DNA of 64,000 bases, taken from assembly GCA_964508905.1 (NCBI GenBank), contig CAZDVO010000007.1, positions 198 through 64,197 of the forward strand, written 5' to 3'. Made by a program: the position numbers and the translations under genes. The notes under the pieces were generated by a model. It made no database searches and had not been told where the DNA came from. It saw only the letters and a list, made by a program, of their open reading frames with translations. This DNA is from an uncultured bacterium. GTDB taxonomy: Bacteria > Omnitrophota > Omnitrophia > Omnitrophales > Aquincolibacteriaceae. This document shows, in pieces, positions 46,881-55,405 of the stretch (its first letter is position 1; every line of letters starts with the position of its first letter).

Positions 46881-47909
46881 TCAGGGAGCCGTGATCTTGC
46901 GGACCGTGACGCCGGCCTGCTCGAGCAGCTTGAGGGAAAGATCGAGGAACGGGTAATTCGCCTGATAAACCACCTCGGCGATCCCGGCATTGATGATCAT
47001 TTTTGTGCACATAAGACACGGAGAAAAAGTCGTGTAGAGTGTCGCACCTTTGACGCTCACGCCGTGATAAGCCGCCTGCACGATCGAATTCTCCTCGCCA
47101 TGAGAGCAGAGACACTCTCCGAGATCTTTCCCGGAGGAATCGATCGCGTTGCAACGAGGACATCCGCCCTCATTGCAGTTCTTGATCCCGCGCGGGGTCC
47201 CATTATAGCCGGTAGAGATGATCCGTTTATCCTTCACGATCACGGCGGCGATCTTCCGTTTCATGCAGTTGGAGCGCAACGCCACGACCTTCGCGATATC
47301 CATAAAATACTCATCCCATCCGGGACGATGCGCTTTTTTCGCCAACTCAAGAAAAACCGCTTTCAGTTTTTCATGCATCTCCTTGAGCGGGCCGTTATTA
47401 TCCACCTGGAGATCGGCCGAAGCGACCGTTTGGTCCAGCTGCTGGTCCGTCTTGCTCGCGCTCTTCGCTTCCTTGGCTTCAAGCGCCTGAAAATCCTCCC
47501 AGACCTTGGGATCATTTTCGCGTCCCCGCTGTTTGAGACGCTCAAAACGCAGCCGTTCCGGAGCGTGAATGCGGACCAACGTAAAATCCCGGCGGCGGCG
47601 GAACACCTGGACTTCGGAAGGATGACGGATCGAATCGATCACATAGTTCTTTTCGGGATCCAGCTTCGCGAAGATCCGTTCCGCTAAACACCCCGGGCCT
47701 TCATTCTCGCGAAGTTCGTTACCCAGAACGACCAGAATATCCCGCGTGATCTCCTGCCCCCTCTTCCGGGCTTCGTCGCGAAGCGCATCAGACAACGAAT
47801 AATAGTGGAATCCGCGTTCTTTCAAGAAAGATGCGGCCTCGCCCTTCCCCGACCCGTTCTTACCCGTCAGACCAATGATCATAAAACCCTCTCCTAGGAA
47901 TGGCTCCAA
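46881..47909 (-). CDS. fusion protein: cytidylate-kinase-like P-loop NTPase domain (PF13189-like) + dCMP deaminase (ComEB-like)
   Basis: N-terminus MIIGLTGKNGSGKGEAASFLKERGFHYYSLSD (Walker A). C-terminus GYNGTPRG..NC...GC.RC...HGEENSIVQAA...SPCLMCTKMIINAGI (dCMP deaminase zinc motifs HxE...PCxxC). Confidence 0.7.
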   Translation of the reverse strand: MEPFLGEGFMIIGLTGKNGSGKGEAASFLKERGFHYYSLSDALRDEARKRGQEITRDILVVLGNELRENEGPGCLAERIFAKLDPEKNYVIDSIRHPSEVQVFRRRRDFTLVRIHAPERLRFERLKQRGRENDPKVWEDFQALEAKEAKSASKTDQQLDQTVASADLQVDNNGPLKEMHEKLKAVFLELAKKAHRPGWDEYFMDIAKVVALRSNCMKRKIAAVIVKDKRIISTGYNGTPRGIKNCNEGGCPRCNAIDSSGKDLGECLCSHGEENSIVQAAYHGVSVKGATLYTTFSPCLMCTKMIINAGIAEVVYQANYPFLDLSLKLLEQAGVTVRKITAP

Positions 47910-48481
47910 AAATCCGGTGAATAAAAACGGGTGTCCCCCCCATGCCGCTCAACCAAAATGAGATGGCTTCCGGTCCTGCCGTCCAGGACCGCAGGGAGCG
48001 CCGAGATCTCGCGAAGTGGTTCTCCGTGTTTCCCCGCCGGCGGCCTCAGAAATCCGACACACTGCTTTTCAAGACGAAAGGAAGCTTCTTCAACATCTTC
48101 GACGCGAATGGCCAAGGCATAAGGTCTCTGATCCCCAAAATGGGCCACCCAGTCGAGCCCTGATCTTTCATGAGGGTGTTCCACGAGAACCGCGGGAGCG
48201 TGATCTTTACGGAAAACCTCGACCCCGTGGCCTTTATGGTCAATCACCTTGGCGGCAGGATCGCGTTCATATCCAAGATCCAGGAACTCACGGGACCGCT
48301 CTTTGAGATGGACCGTACGAAAGATCATGTGATCGAGAACGGGGCGGACCCCAACACCGATCAGGGCCAGGCCGCGTGTCACGACCCGAATCGCGGGATT
48401 CTCCGCGGCGAGCGCCGCGACATATTGCTTCAAGGCTTGTTCCAGAATGGCGGGAGTTTTGCAACTCGAAGCCGAGGTCAT
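47894..48481 (-). CDS. hypothetical protein (possible VOC / DUF1338-like fold)
   Basis: 195-aa ORF with H/E-rich putative metal-binding segments (LDHMIFRTVHL, HGVEVF, HLILVERH). Overlaps the upstream gene by 16 nt. Confidence 0.45.
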   Translation of the reverse strand: MTSASSCKTPAILEQALKQYVAALAAENPAIRVVTRGLALIGVGVRPVLDHMIFRTVHLKERSREFLDLGYERDPAAKVIDHKGHGVEVFRKDHAPAVLVEHPHERSGLDWVAHFGDQRPYALAIRVEDVEEASFRLEKQCVGFLRPPAGKHGEPLREISALPAVLDGRTGSHLILVERHGGDTRFYSPDFWSHS

Positions 48482-48511
48482 GCTGGTTTCCTCATCGATT
48501 CAGAGAAAGAT

Positions 48512-48555
48512 CGCCCCCGCCGCTTGCTTCTTCGAAGAAGCAAGCGGCGGGGGCG
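48512..48555. terminator. 44-nt perfect palindrome (22-bp stem) cgcccccgccgcttgcttcttc|gaagaagcaagcggcgggggcg, downstream of the ferredoxin gene
   Basis: Perfect dyad around a TTCGAA centre. The spurious ORFs at 48376, 48447 and 48500 are reading-frame artefacts of this palindrome. Confidence 0.55.
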
Positions 48556-48576
48556 GTCCGAAAGACTCAAAAGATC

Positions 48577-48888
48577 TTACTTCAGCGTATTCCCGGCTTT
48601 CTTGGGAGCTTCGTCCTTCGAGCGCGGGGCCGCTTTGGGATTCGACTTGAACTGAGGCGCGAGGTCCGCGTTGATCTTGGCCCAAGTGGGATCCATATCT
48701 TCAGATTCCACGATCGAACCCACCGGACATTCAGCCGCGCAGGCGCCGCAGGAAATACAGACCGCGGGATCAATGACCATAAAATCTTTCCCCTGGTACG
48801 TTCCGGGATAGATCGCTTCCGTGGGGCAAACCCCGGCGCAAAGGCCGTAACGTTCACCGTGACATTTTTCCGTAATAACGTAAGCCAT
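48577..48888 (-). CDS. ferredoxin (2x[4Fe-4S] type with a C-terminal basic extension)
   Basis: CAGVCPTEAI and CISCGACAAECP cluster motifs. Confidence 0.85.
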   Translation of the reverse strand: MAYVITEKCHGERYGLCAGVCPTEAIYPGTYQGKDFMVIDPAVCISCGACAAECPVGSIVESEDMDPTWAKINADLAPQFKSNPKAAPRSKDEAPKKAGNTLK

Positions 48889-48994
48889 CTTTGGATTCTC
48901 CTTAATAGATGTTGGTTTCGAAGAGGCCGTATTTTAACCGCTCCCCTGGCCATCGTCAATGCTTTCACCGCCCTTTCACCGACCCATCGGATCT

Positions 48995-49900
48995 TTATGA
49001 TCCTATTGGCTGGGTCAGCCCTTCAAGCCGGGCGATCCTTTTCTCGATCAGTGGATGCGTATTAAAAAGCGCCGCCCATCCCTTGTTCGAAAGAGGGTTG
49101 ACGATGAAAAGAGGTGCTGTTGAAAAGACCGCGTCTCGCAAGGGAAAACGCCGGATCGCGCCATCGATCTTCCGCAACGCACTGGCAAGATAAAGAGGCT
49201 CTCCGCAGAGTTGGGCCCCGCACCAGTCCGCTGCATACTCCCTGTTGCGGGGCATCGTCAGCCGGATAACGCCCGCGGCAAACGGAAGGACCACCGCCGA
49301 GAGCAAAAGTGGCAGAGGATTTTCACGGTCCCGTTCATCTCGTTCCCCACCCCACGTGAAGGAAAGATTGAAAAGTGACGCGCTCAAGCTGAGAACCGAG
49401 GCTCCGGCCGCTATGATCGTCCCTAAAAAATGATCGCCATACAAAACATGAGAAAGCTCATGCCCTAGAACGCCTGCGATTTCTTCCTCGTTGAGCAACC
49501 CAACCAGCCCATACGTCAGCGCGATCGAAGACGCTCCAAAGCCACGCCTCACCGTAAAGATATTCGCCGAAGCCGACGGCAGCAGATAGATATCTGGCGG
49601 AAAGATCCCGACCTTTTGAGATAATCGCCGCACGATCGCGTAAACTTCCGGCGCCTCCGATTCAGCGAGCGGCTGGGCACGATGCATCCGAAGCACGAGC
49701 CGCCACCCCGACAACACCGCGGCCAGTTCCACCACGCCTATAAAAAAAACCGCTAGGATCAACCCCCGTTCCCCACCCCACCGATGGGCGCACCACACCG
49801 CCAAAACAAGCGGAAAAACAAGAAGCACCATCGTTGTTAGGCCATGCCAGCGTTTTGGCCGCCAACGGTCACCCCCGGGGGATCCTCCCATGATCTTCAT
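48995..49900 (-). CDS. htpX: M48-family zinc metalloprotease HtpX
   Basis: HELSHV (HExxH) and NAFATG-like NIFTV...G, plus TM helices. The exact start is uncertain. Confidence 0.8.
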   Translation of the reverse strand: MKIMGGSPGGDRWRPKRWHGLTTMVLLVFPLVLAVWCAHRWGGERGLILAVFFIGVVELAAVLSGWRLVLRMHRAQPLAESEAPEVYAIVRRLSQKVGIFPPDIYLLPSASANIFTVRRGFGASSIALTYGLVGLLNEEEIAGVLGHELSHVLYGDHFLGTIIAAGASVLSLSASLFNLSFTWGGERDERDRENPLPLLLSAVVLPFAAGVIRLTMPRNREYAADWCGAQLCGEPLYLASALRKIDGAIRRFPLRDAVFSTAPLFIVNPLSNKGWAALFNTHPLIEKRIARLEGLTQPIGS

Positions 49901-50003
49901 AATAAAAAGCTTATTATATTTTGCTTTAATATCAACATTTTATTTATGAATATTCATTTGTCGAGAAAGGGAATTTCTCTCTCAGAGAGGGGGCGAGAAA
50001 GAA

Positions 50004-50624
50004 TTAAAACCGGATGCGGAGTTTCCGGAGGGACTTTATGAGCGCCGTGCGACCCTTGAAGTGGATCGTCTGCATACCGGCTTTTCGGGCTCCGACGATA
50101 AAGGACTTCATGTCGTCAATAAAAACCGTTTCTTCGGGACGAAGCCCGATCTTTTTGAGAACGCGGCGAAAGATCCGAACATCCGGCTTGCGGGCCTTGA
50201 CCTCATGGGACGGGAATTTCCGGTCAAAATGCCGGAGCAGGCCAAACCGTTTCTTGATGTAGTTAAAATGCAGGGCATTGGTATTGGAGATCAGATAGAG
50301 CGGGTAATGCTTCTTGATCCTCGCGAGCAGTTTCTCCATGCCCGGATTCTCCCAGAAAATATCATTCCAGTAGTGACTGAAGGTCGCGAGCGGGATCCGG
50401 GTCCCGAGCGTCTCGCAGGCGATCTTATGGAATTCCCGGGTCGTAAGCTCCCCCCGCGTGTAAGCCTGTTCGAACCTGGAGAGAAAAAAACGGCGCCAGA
50501 TCTCTTTCGGGGTCAACCCGGACGCCTCCGAAAAACGCCGCGCGGCCTTTTCCACATCATAGTTCACGAGCACATTGCCGAGATCGAAGATCACAGCTTT
50601 GATTTCACTTTTTTTCTTTTGCAT
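50004..50624 (-). CDS. HAD-family hydrolase (subfamily IA)
   Basis: AVIFDLGNVLV (motif I), LISNTN (II), K...IDDM (III/IV). Start MQKKK is preferred over the ORF-track start. Confidence 0.7.
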   Translation of the reverse strand: MQKKKSEIKAVIFDLGNVLVNYDVEKAARRFSEASGLTPKEIWRRFFLSRFEQAYTRGELTTREFHKIACETLGTRIPLATFSHYWNDIFWENPGMEKLLARIKKHYPLYLISNTNALHFNYIKKRFGLLRHFDRKFPSHEVKARKPDVRIFRRVLKKIGLRPEETVFIDDMKSFIVGARKAGMQTIHFKGRTALIKSLRKLRIRF

Positions 50625-50681
50625 AAGAGCGGGGATTTTAACATGAAGCAAGCAGGCGGACATCTTTTTTGCTTTAAACGT

Positions 50682-51833
50682 CTACCCTCCGACGATCCGG
50701 CACAACTGGCTTGTGAGAAGCCCGAGATACGTCCCCATCACGTTGCCCAGGATCCCCAGTAAAAGCCCCACAGGGGCAAGCGCCGGTTCATAAGCCGCCG
50801 CGACGATCGGCGCCGAGGCAGGGCCGCCGATATTCGCCTGGCTCGCCGTCGCGACAAGACAAAGCGGGATACGCGCCAGGCGGGACACGACAAAGAGAAG
50901 CCCCCCGTGAAAGAGGACCAGAGCAAAACCGGCCAGGATCAAGACCGGCGCCGACAAGATCCCGGCCAGACTGGCCCGGGCCCCAATGGAGGTCAAAACC
51001 AAAAAGAGAAAAACATAACCGATCCGGGAAGCTCCATGATGTTCTAATTTCCTTAGCGCAGTAAAAGAAAGCATGATCCCCAGCGTCGAGGCGGCAATGA
51101 CCGTCCAGGCAAAAGACCCCCCACCGAAGGCATTCGCCAACGCGCGGGCGATCGCGGAACCGCCGAACGCTACCGTCAGGATCAGAAAAAAATATCCAAG
51201 ACTGAACGTCGTCGAACATTTCTGTTCCGACGCCGTTTTCTGTGCCAAGGCTTCAACCACACTCCGTTCCGCGCGGCTCCATCCGTCGTATTTTTTCTGA
51301 ACAGCCTCAAGCAGGATCAGCATCCCCATCCAGGAATAAGCCACCACCGTATCCACCACGATCATCGGAAAGAAGACCGCGTCAGGCGTTCCGATCGCTT
51401 CTTTCACCGCAACCATATTGGCGCTTCCTCCGATCCAGGAACCCGAAAGCGCTCCAAACCCCGACCACGCCGCCGGAGGCAACCAGGGCCCGAAGAACCA
51501 CACGACCAGCGGCGCGCCCAGCATGATCCCCGCACTGCCGGTCAGCATCATCAGAAGCGCCGGACGCCCGAGTTTCAGAATGGACGGAATATCCGCCGTG
51601 ATCAAAAGCAGAATGAGCCCTGCCGGAAGGACCGTGTTCGTGATCCTGGCGTACACCGCATGCTGCTGCGGGATCAACCCCGCGCCGGAAAGAAGCATCG
51701 GCAAGAAATAGATCCAAAAAAGCGCGGGCGGGAATTTGAACAGTTTCCTGGTTTTGGAGTTCTCTGAGAAGAAAAGGATGACCGCGACCACGAGCGCCAA
51801 CACAGCCAAAATGCCGAACGGCTGTTGGATCAT
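50682..51833 (-). CDS. DUF819-family integral membrane protein
   Basis: About 11 TM helices. The overall pattern resembles the DUF819 (putative transporter) family. Confidence 0.6.
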   Translation of the reverse strand: MIQQPFGILAVLALVVAVILFFSENSKTRKLFKFPPALFWIYFLPMLLSGAGLIPQQHAVYARITNTVLPAGLILLLITADIPSILKLGRPALLMMLTGSAGIMLGAPLVVWFFGPWLPPAAWSGFGALSGSWIGGSANMVAVKEAIGTPDAVFFPMIVVDTVVAYSWMGMLILLEAVQKKYDGWSRAERSVVEALAQKTASEQKCSTTFSLGYFFLILTVAFGGSAIARALANAFGGGSFAWTVIAASTLGIMLSFTALRKLEHHGASRIGYVFLFLVLTSIGARASLAGILSAPVLILAGFALVLFHGGLLFVVSRLARIPLCLVATASQANIGGPASAPIVAAAYEPALAPVGLLLGILGNVMGTYLGLLTSQLCRIVGG

Positions 51834-52924
51834 CAGAGGACCTTTCGAAAAGAGAGCGGCTTGACTCCGATACCGGAACGGATCCCTTTCAGGTCGTAAA
51901 CACCCGAACGCGTAACATAGTTCCCCCGCGTCACGGCTTCCGCCATAAAGAACGGCGCGTCAAGGTCCACAAAATCAAATCCCCCCAACCCGGCGGCAAA
52001 ATGCGCCGCGGCGGTCACCGCAAGCGGTGTTTCCATCATCGTCCCGATCATCAACCGGATCCCGCGGCGCTGCGCAAGCCGGACGATCTCATACGCTTCG
52101 AGTATCCCGGTCTTCGTGAACTTGATATTGATGGCACCCGCCGCACGGGCCTTGATGAGCCGTTTCGCGTCGGCCAGGGACCTGACGCTTTCATCCGCGC
52201 AAACCAGGGTCTTCCCTTCGCGGGTCACTTTCGCAAGCCCCTCCCAATCCCCTTTGGGGACGGGTTGCTCGATCAAGGCGGGACGGATCCCAAGTTGGGT
52301 CAAGGCTTTTAGAAATCTCAACGTCTGGGCGGCGCTAAATCCCTGATTCGCGTCAAGATAGAGAGGATATTTTCTAGCAAGCACGGCGATCGCCACGACG
52401 CGCTTCAGATCCAGATCAAAATCACGGCCGATCTTGACCTTGAACGAACGGATGCCGCGGCGCAGGATCTCACGCGCCGCACACTCGGCCTGCGAGACAT
52501 CACCCAACACCACAGTCATGTCCGTTCGCAGGCGACGCACGCGGGTTCCAAAAGCTTTCCAGAAAGGGATCTTTTTAACGCGCGTCGCGACATCGAGGAG
52601 CGCCATTTCAACCGCCGCCAAGGCGCACTTATTCGCGCCACAAAGGCTCCGGGAGGCCTCGGCCACAAGAGGGAATGCCGTGAAGGCCTGCCCCCGGATC
52701 ATTTTGGCTGAGGCCTTCAAATGTCCAAACGTCTCCGCGAGGGTTTCTCCGGTAATATGGGTCGCGACCGCCGCCTCGCCAAAACCCCGGACCCCGTTCG
52801 AAAGTTCCAGAGAAAAAAGCACGTTCTCCAGAAGATCATGCTGGCCTTTGGCCGTACTGAAAGGGTGTGTGAGTTTCGCGCGCCACACCCGGGCTTCCGC
52901 TTTTTCGATGACCGGCTCTTTCAT
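51833..52924 (-). CDS. enolase-superfamily dipeptide epimerase (L-Ala-D/L-Glu epimerase-like, MR/MLE family)
   Basis: KVKIG, LDANQG, IEQP, D-E-D metal ligands and the KxK catalytic motif. Confidence 0.8.
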   Translation of the reverse strand: MKEPVIEKAEARVWRAKLTHPFSTAKGQHDLLENVLFSLELSNGVRGFGEAAVATHITGETLAETFGHLKASAKMIRGQAFTAFPLVAEASRSLCGANKCALAAVEMALLDVATRVKKIPFWKAFGTRVRRLRTDMTVVLGDVSQAECAAREILRRGIRSFKVKIGRDFDLDLKRVVAIAVLARKYPLYLDANQGFSAAQTLRFLKALTQLGIRPALIEQPVPKGDWEGLAKVTREGKTLVCADESVRSLADAKRLIKARAAGAINIKFTKTGILEAYEIVRLAQRRGIRLMIGTMMETPLAVTAAAHFAAGLGGFDFVDLDAPFFMAEAVTRGNYVTRSGVYDLKGIRSGIGVKPLSFRKVL

Positions 52925-53028
52925 AAGATCACAGAACTCATGGGCTGAAGTATTTTTTGTCCCGCCTTGTTTTTTACATTATACTGTTTCCGCGCTCGTA
53001 AAGAACACTTAAAGCGGAAGCCGATGCC

Positions 53029-53796
53029 ATGATCCAGCTCAAATCGATCAAAGTTCAGATCAATCTGTTCCTCGCCGTCTTCGCGCTCTTTCTCTTTATC
53101 AAGGAACCGCGCCTCGCCGTGGTCACCGGTTTTGTGTGGCCGCTTCTTTTCTCGGCATTGCTGGACGCGGCCGTCCTTTTCTTCAAGACCCGAAAATTCC
53201 AGATCACGGACAGCGCCTTGACCTCCGGCCTGATCCTGGGTCTGGTTCTTTCATCAGAGTCCCCTTGGTGGATGTTCTTGGCCGCTGCCGCGTTCACGAT
53301 CGGACTGAAATACGCGCTCCGCTTCCATGGAAAAAATCTGCTTAATCCCGCCGCGCTGGGGATCTTTCTGGCCGTGCTTTTGCTTAAAGGTTACACCGAG
53401 TGGAAAGGGGCCTACGCATGGTACATCCTCCTCCCCGCCGGCCTCTACATCGTAAATAAGATCCGGAAAACGGAGATCGTGCTGGGTTATTTGGGCATGT
53501 CCCTGCTTCTTTTTATCCCGCAAGCCCTGATCCAGGGCTCTCCCCTGACCGACATCCCGGGATATTTTAATTTTTTCTTCATTTTTATCATGTTGATCGA
53601 GCCCAAGACCACGCCCGCCACGCTAACGGCGAAGATCGCCTTTGGTTCCGGCGTTGCATTTCTTGTCTTTGCCTTGACGGAGGCCGGATTCCCCTACGAA
53701 CCGGAACTCTTCGCCTTGATCCTCGTGAACGTGCTCGTTCCAATCCTGAACAAGCTCCCGGCTCTCAACATTTTCACCCCCAAGAAACTTTCTTAA
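53029..53796 (+). CDS. short NqrB/RnfD/RnfE-family-like membrane protein (orphan, no other Rnf/Nqr subunits nearby)
   Basis: HGKNLLNPAALGIFLAV resembles the family's N[PL]FNPA[ML]xGR motif. 255 aa, about 8 TM helices, shorter than canonical RnfD. Confidence 0.45.
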   Translation: MIQLKSIKVQINLFLAVFALFLFIKEPRLAVVTGFVWPLLFSALLDAAVLFFKTRKFQITDSALTSGLILGLVLSSESPWWMFLAAAAFTIGLKYALRFHGKNLLNPAALGIFLAVLLLKGYTEWKGAYAWYILLPAGLYIVNKIRKTEIVLGYLGMSLLLFIPQALIQGSPLTDIPGYFNFFFIFIMLIEPKTTPATLTAKIAFGSGVAFLVFALTEAGFPYEPELFALILVNVLVPILNKLPALNIFTPKKLS

Positions 53797-53807
53797 AAGG
53801 AGTTCTT

Positions 53808-54149
53808 ATGAAAAAAATAGCCTTGTGCCTCTGCGGTTTTCTCGCGATAAGCACCCTCGCGTTCGCGCATCCCCCTTCCGACATCAAGATCCAATTCGAT
53901 CCGGCCACAAAAACCCTGACGGCCACGATCACCCATCGCGTCAGCAACCCCCATTCCCATTACATTCGTAAAGTCGACATCGGGTTGAACGGCCAGGAGA
54001 TCCAGATGCTCCCTCTAACGAAACAGGAAACCGGGACCATTCAAACGATCACTGTGGTGGTCCCCGAGGCGAAAAAGGGGGATACCTTGAGCGTTGAAGG
54101 TTATTGCAACTTGAGCGGAAAACTCGAAAAAGAGATCAAGGTCGCCTAA
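53808..54149 (+). CDS. small secreted protein (113 aa, Ig-like/beta-sandwich predicted)
   Basis: Signal peptide MKKIALCLCGFLAISTLAFA plus a beta-rich mature part with a His cluster (HRVSNPHSHYI). It starts 12 nt after the RnfD-like gene. Confidence 0.5.
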   Translation: MKKIALCLCGFLAISTLAFAHPPSDIKIQFDPATKTLTATITHRVSNPHSHYIRKVDIGLNGQEIQMLPLTKQETGTIQTITVVVPEAKKGDTLSVEGYCNLSGKLEKEIKVA

Positions 54150-54151
54150 CG

Positions 54152-55345
54152 ATGAAGCCCCCTCCGCTTAAAGGCAAGGCCGTGATCGGACAGTCCGGCG
54201 GTTGCACGGCCGTGATCAATCAGAGCCTGGCGGGCGTTGTCGCCGCCGCGTGCAAGTCAAAGTACATCACGGGCGTCCTGGGCTCACGCAACGGGATCGA
54301 AGGGATCCTGAAAGGTTCCTTTGTCGACCTAAAAAAGAAACCCGCGAAACTGATGCGGGAGATCGCGAATTCCCCTTCCGCCGCGCTCGGGTCCTCACGC
54401 TACAAACTCCAGCCGGGAGATGATAAGAAGATCGTCGCGAAGCTCCGCCAGGAAGGAGTCCGCTATTTATTTTTGATCGGCGGGAACGATACGGCGAACA
54501 CGAGTCTCCGCATCGCGCGAACCGCCGACAAGGAACGCTATCCCCTCCGCGTGGTCCATATTCCGAAGACGATCGATAACGACCTCATGGAGACCGATCA
54601 CTGCCCCGGCTACGGATCGGTCGCACGTTTTGCCGCGATCACGACCCAGGAAGCGGCCCTCGACACCAAAGCCATGAAGAATGTCGACCCGGTCAAGATC
54701 ATCGAATTGATGGGACGCAACTCCGGCTGGATCGTCGCCGCCTCCGCGCTTCTGAAAAGGTCCCCGGAGGACGCCCCGCACATCCTTCTCGTCCCGGAGG
54801 TCCCGTTCGATGAGACTGCTTTCATCAAAAAGACCGAAGCCGTTCTGCAATCCGTCGGCTATTGCATTATCGTGATCTCGGAAACCATACGCGACCACGG
54901 TGGGAACCGCATCGGCCGGAAGACAGAGGGGGTGACGGCAGACCCCTTTGGGCATAAATACGTGGAAGGCACCGCCGCGCGGCTTGCCGCGGTCCTGGAA
55001 AAACATCTTCAGGTCCGCGCGCGATTCGATAAACCCGGCACCATTCAACGGATGTCGATGGCCTACATCTCCGAAGCAGATCAGAAAGAAGCCTTCCAGG
55101 CCGGCGCGCACGCGGTCAAGTGGGCCCTTCAAGGGATGTCGGCGATCATGGTAGGCTTTGAACGGATCCCCGGCGAAAAATATGCTCTAGGCTACCGCCC
55201 GGTGCCCCTTGAAAAGATCCCGAGCAAGGAACGTTATCTCCCCGAGTCCTTCTTCGACGCGAAAAAGGCCATGATCACGCCCGCTTTCGCGAAATACGCG
55301 CTCCCGCTCCTCGGGAAAGGGCTTCCCTGCTTTCCTTCCTTGTAA
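54152..55345 (+). CDS. pfp: 6-phosphofructokinase (PFK-A family; PPi-dependent type likely)
   Basis: GQSGGCTAVINQSL, FLIGGNDT, PKTIDNDL, MGRNSGW. Start MKPPPL at 54152; the ORF-track start at 54104 overlaps the upstream gene. Confidence 0.85.
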   Translation: MKPPPLKGKAVIGQSGGCTAVINQSLAGVVAAACKSKYITGVLGSRNGIEGILKGSFVDLKKKPAKLMREIANSPSAALGSSRYKLQPGDDKKIVAKLRQEGVRYLFLIGGNDTANTSLRIARTADKERYPLRVVHIPKTIDNDLMETDHCPGYGSVARFAAITTQEAALDTKAMKNVDPVKIIELMGRNSGWIVAASALLKRSPEDAPHILLVPEVPFDETAFIKKTEAVLQSVGYCIIVISETIRDHGGNRIGRKTEGVTADPFGHKYVEGTAARLAAVLEKHLQVRARFDKPGTIQRMSMAYISEADQKEAFQAGAHAVKWALQGMSAIMVGFERIPGEKYALGYRPVPLEKIPSKERYLPESFFDAKKAMITPAFAKYALPLLGKGLPCFPSL

Positions 55346-55391
55346 AAGAAAAAGGCCAGGCGGTTGAAAACAACGCGCCTGGCCTTTTTTT
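55346..55391. terminator. bidirectional rho-independent terminator between pfp and era
   Basis: aaaaaGGCCAGGCG gttgaaaacaac GCGCCTGGCCttttttt. Confidence 0.7.
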
Positions 55392-55405
55392 ATCTAAGAT
55401 CCCGC

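Noticed and set aside
45712-47163. ORF-track version of ispH with a 130-aa Arg-rich N-terminal extension.
   Set aside because: The extension overlaps the 3' end of the upstream kinase-deaminase gene and has no similarity to IspH N-termini. An internal start at 46869 or 46749 is used instead.
48376-49065. ORFs at 48376-49065 (+), 48447-48650 (+) and 48500-48685 (-) with mirrored PPPLASSKKQAAGA peptides.
   Set aside because: Products of reading through the 44-nt perfect palindrome in both directions. They overlap the ferredoxin gene.
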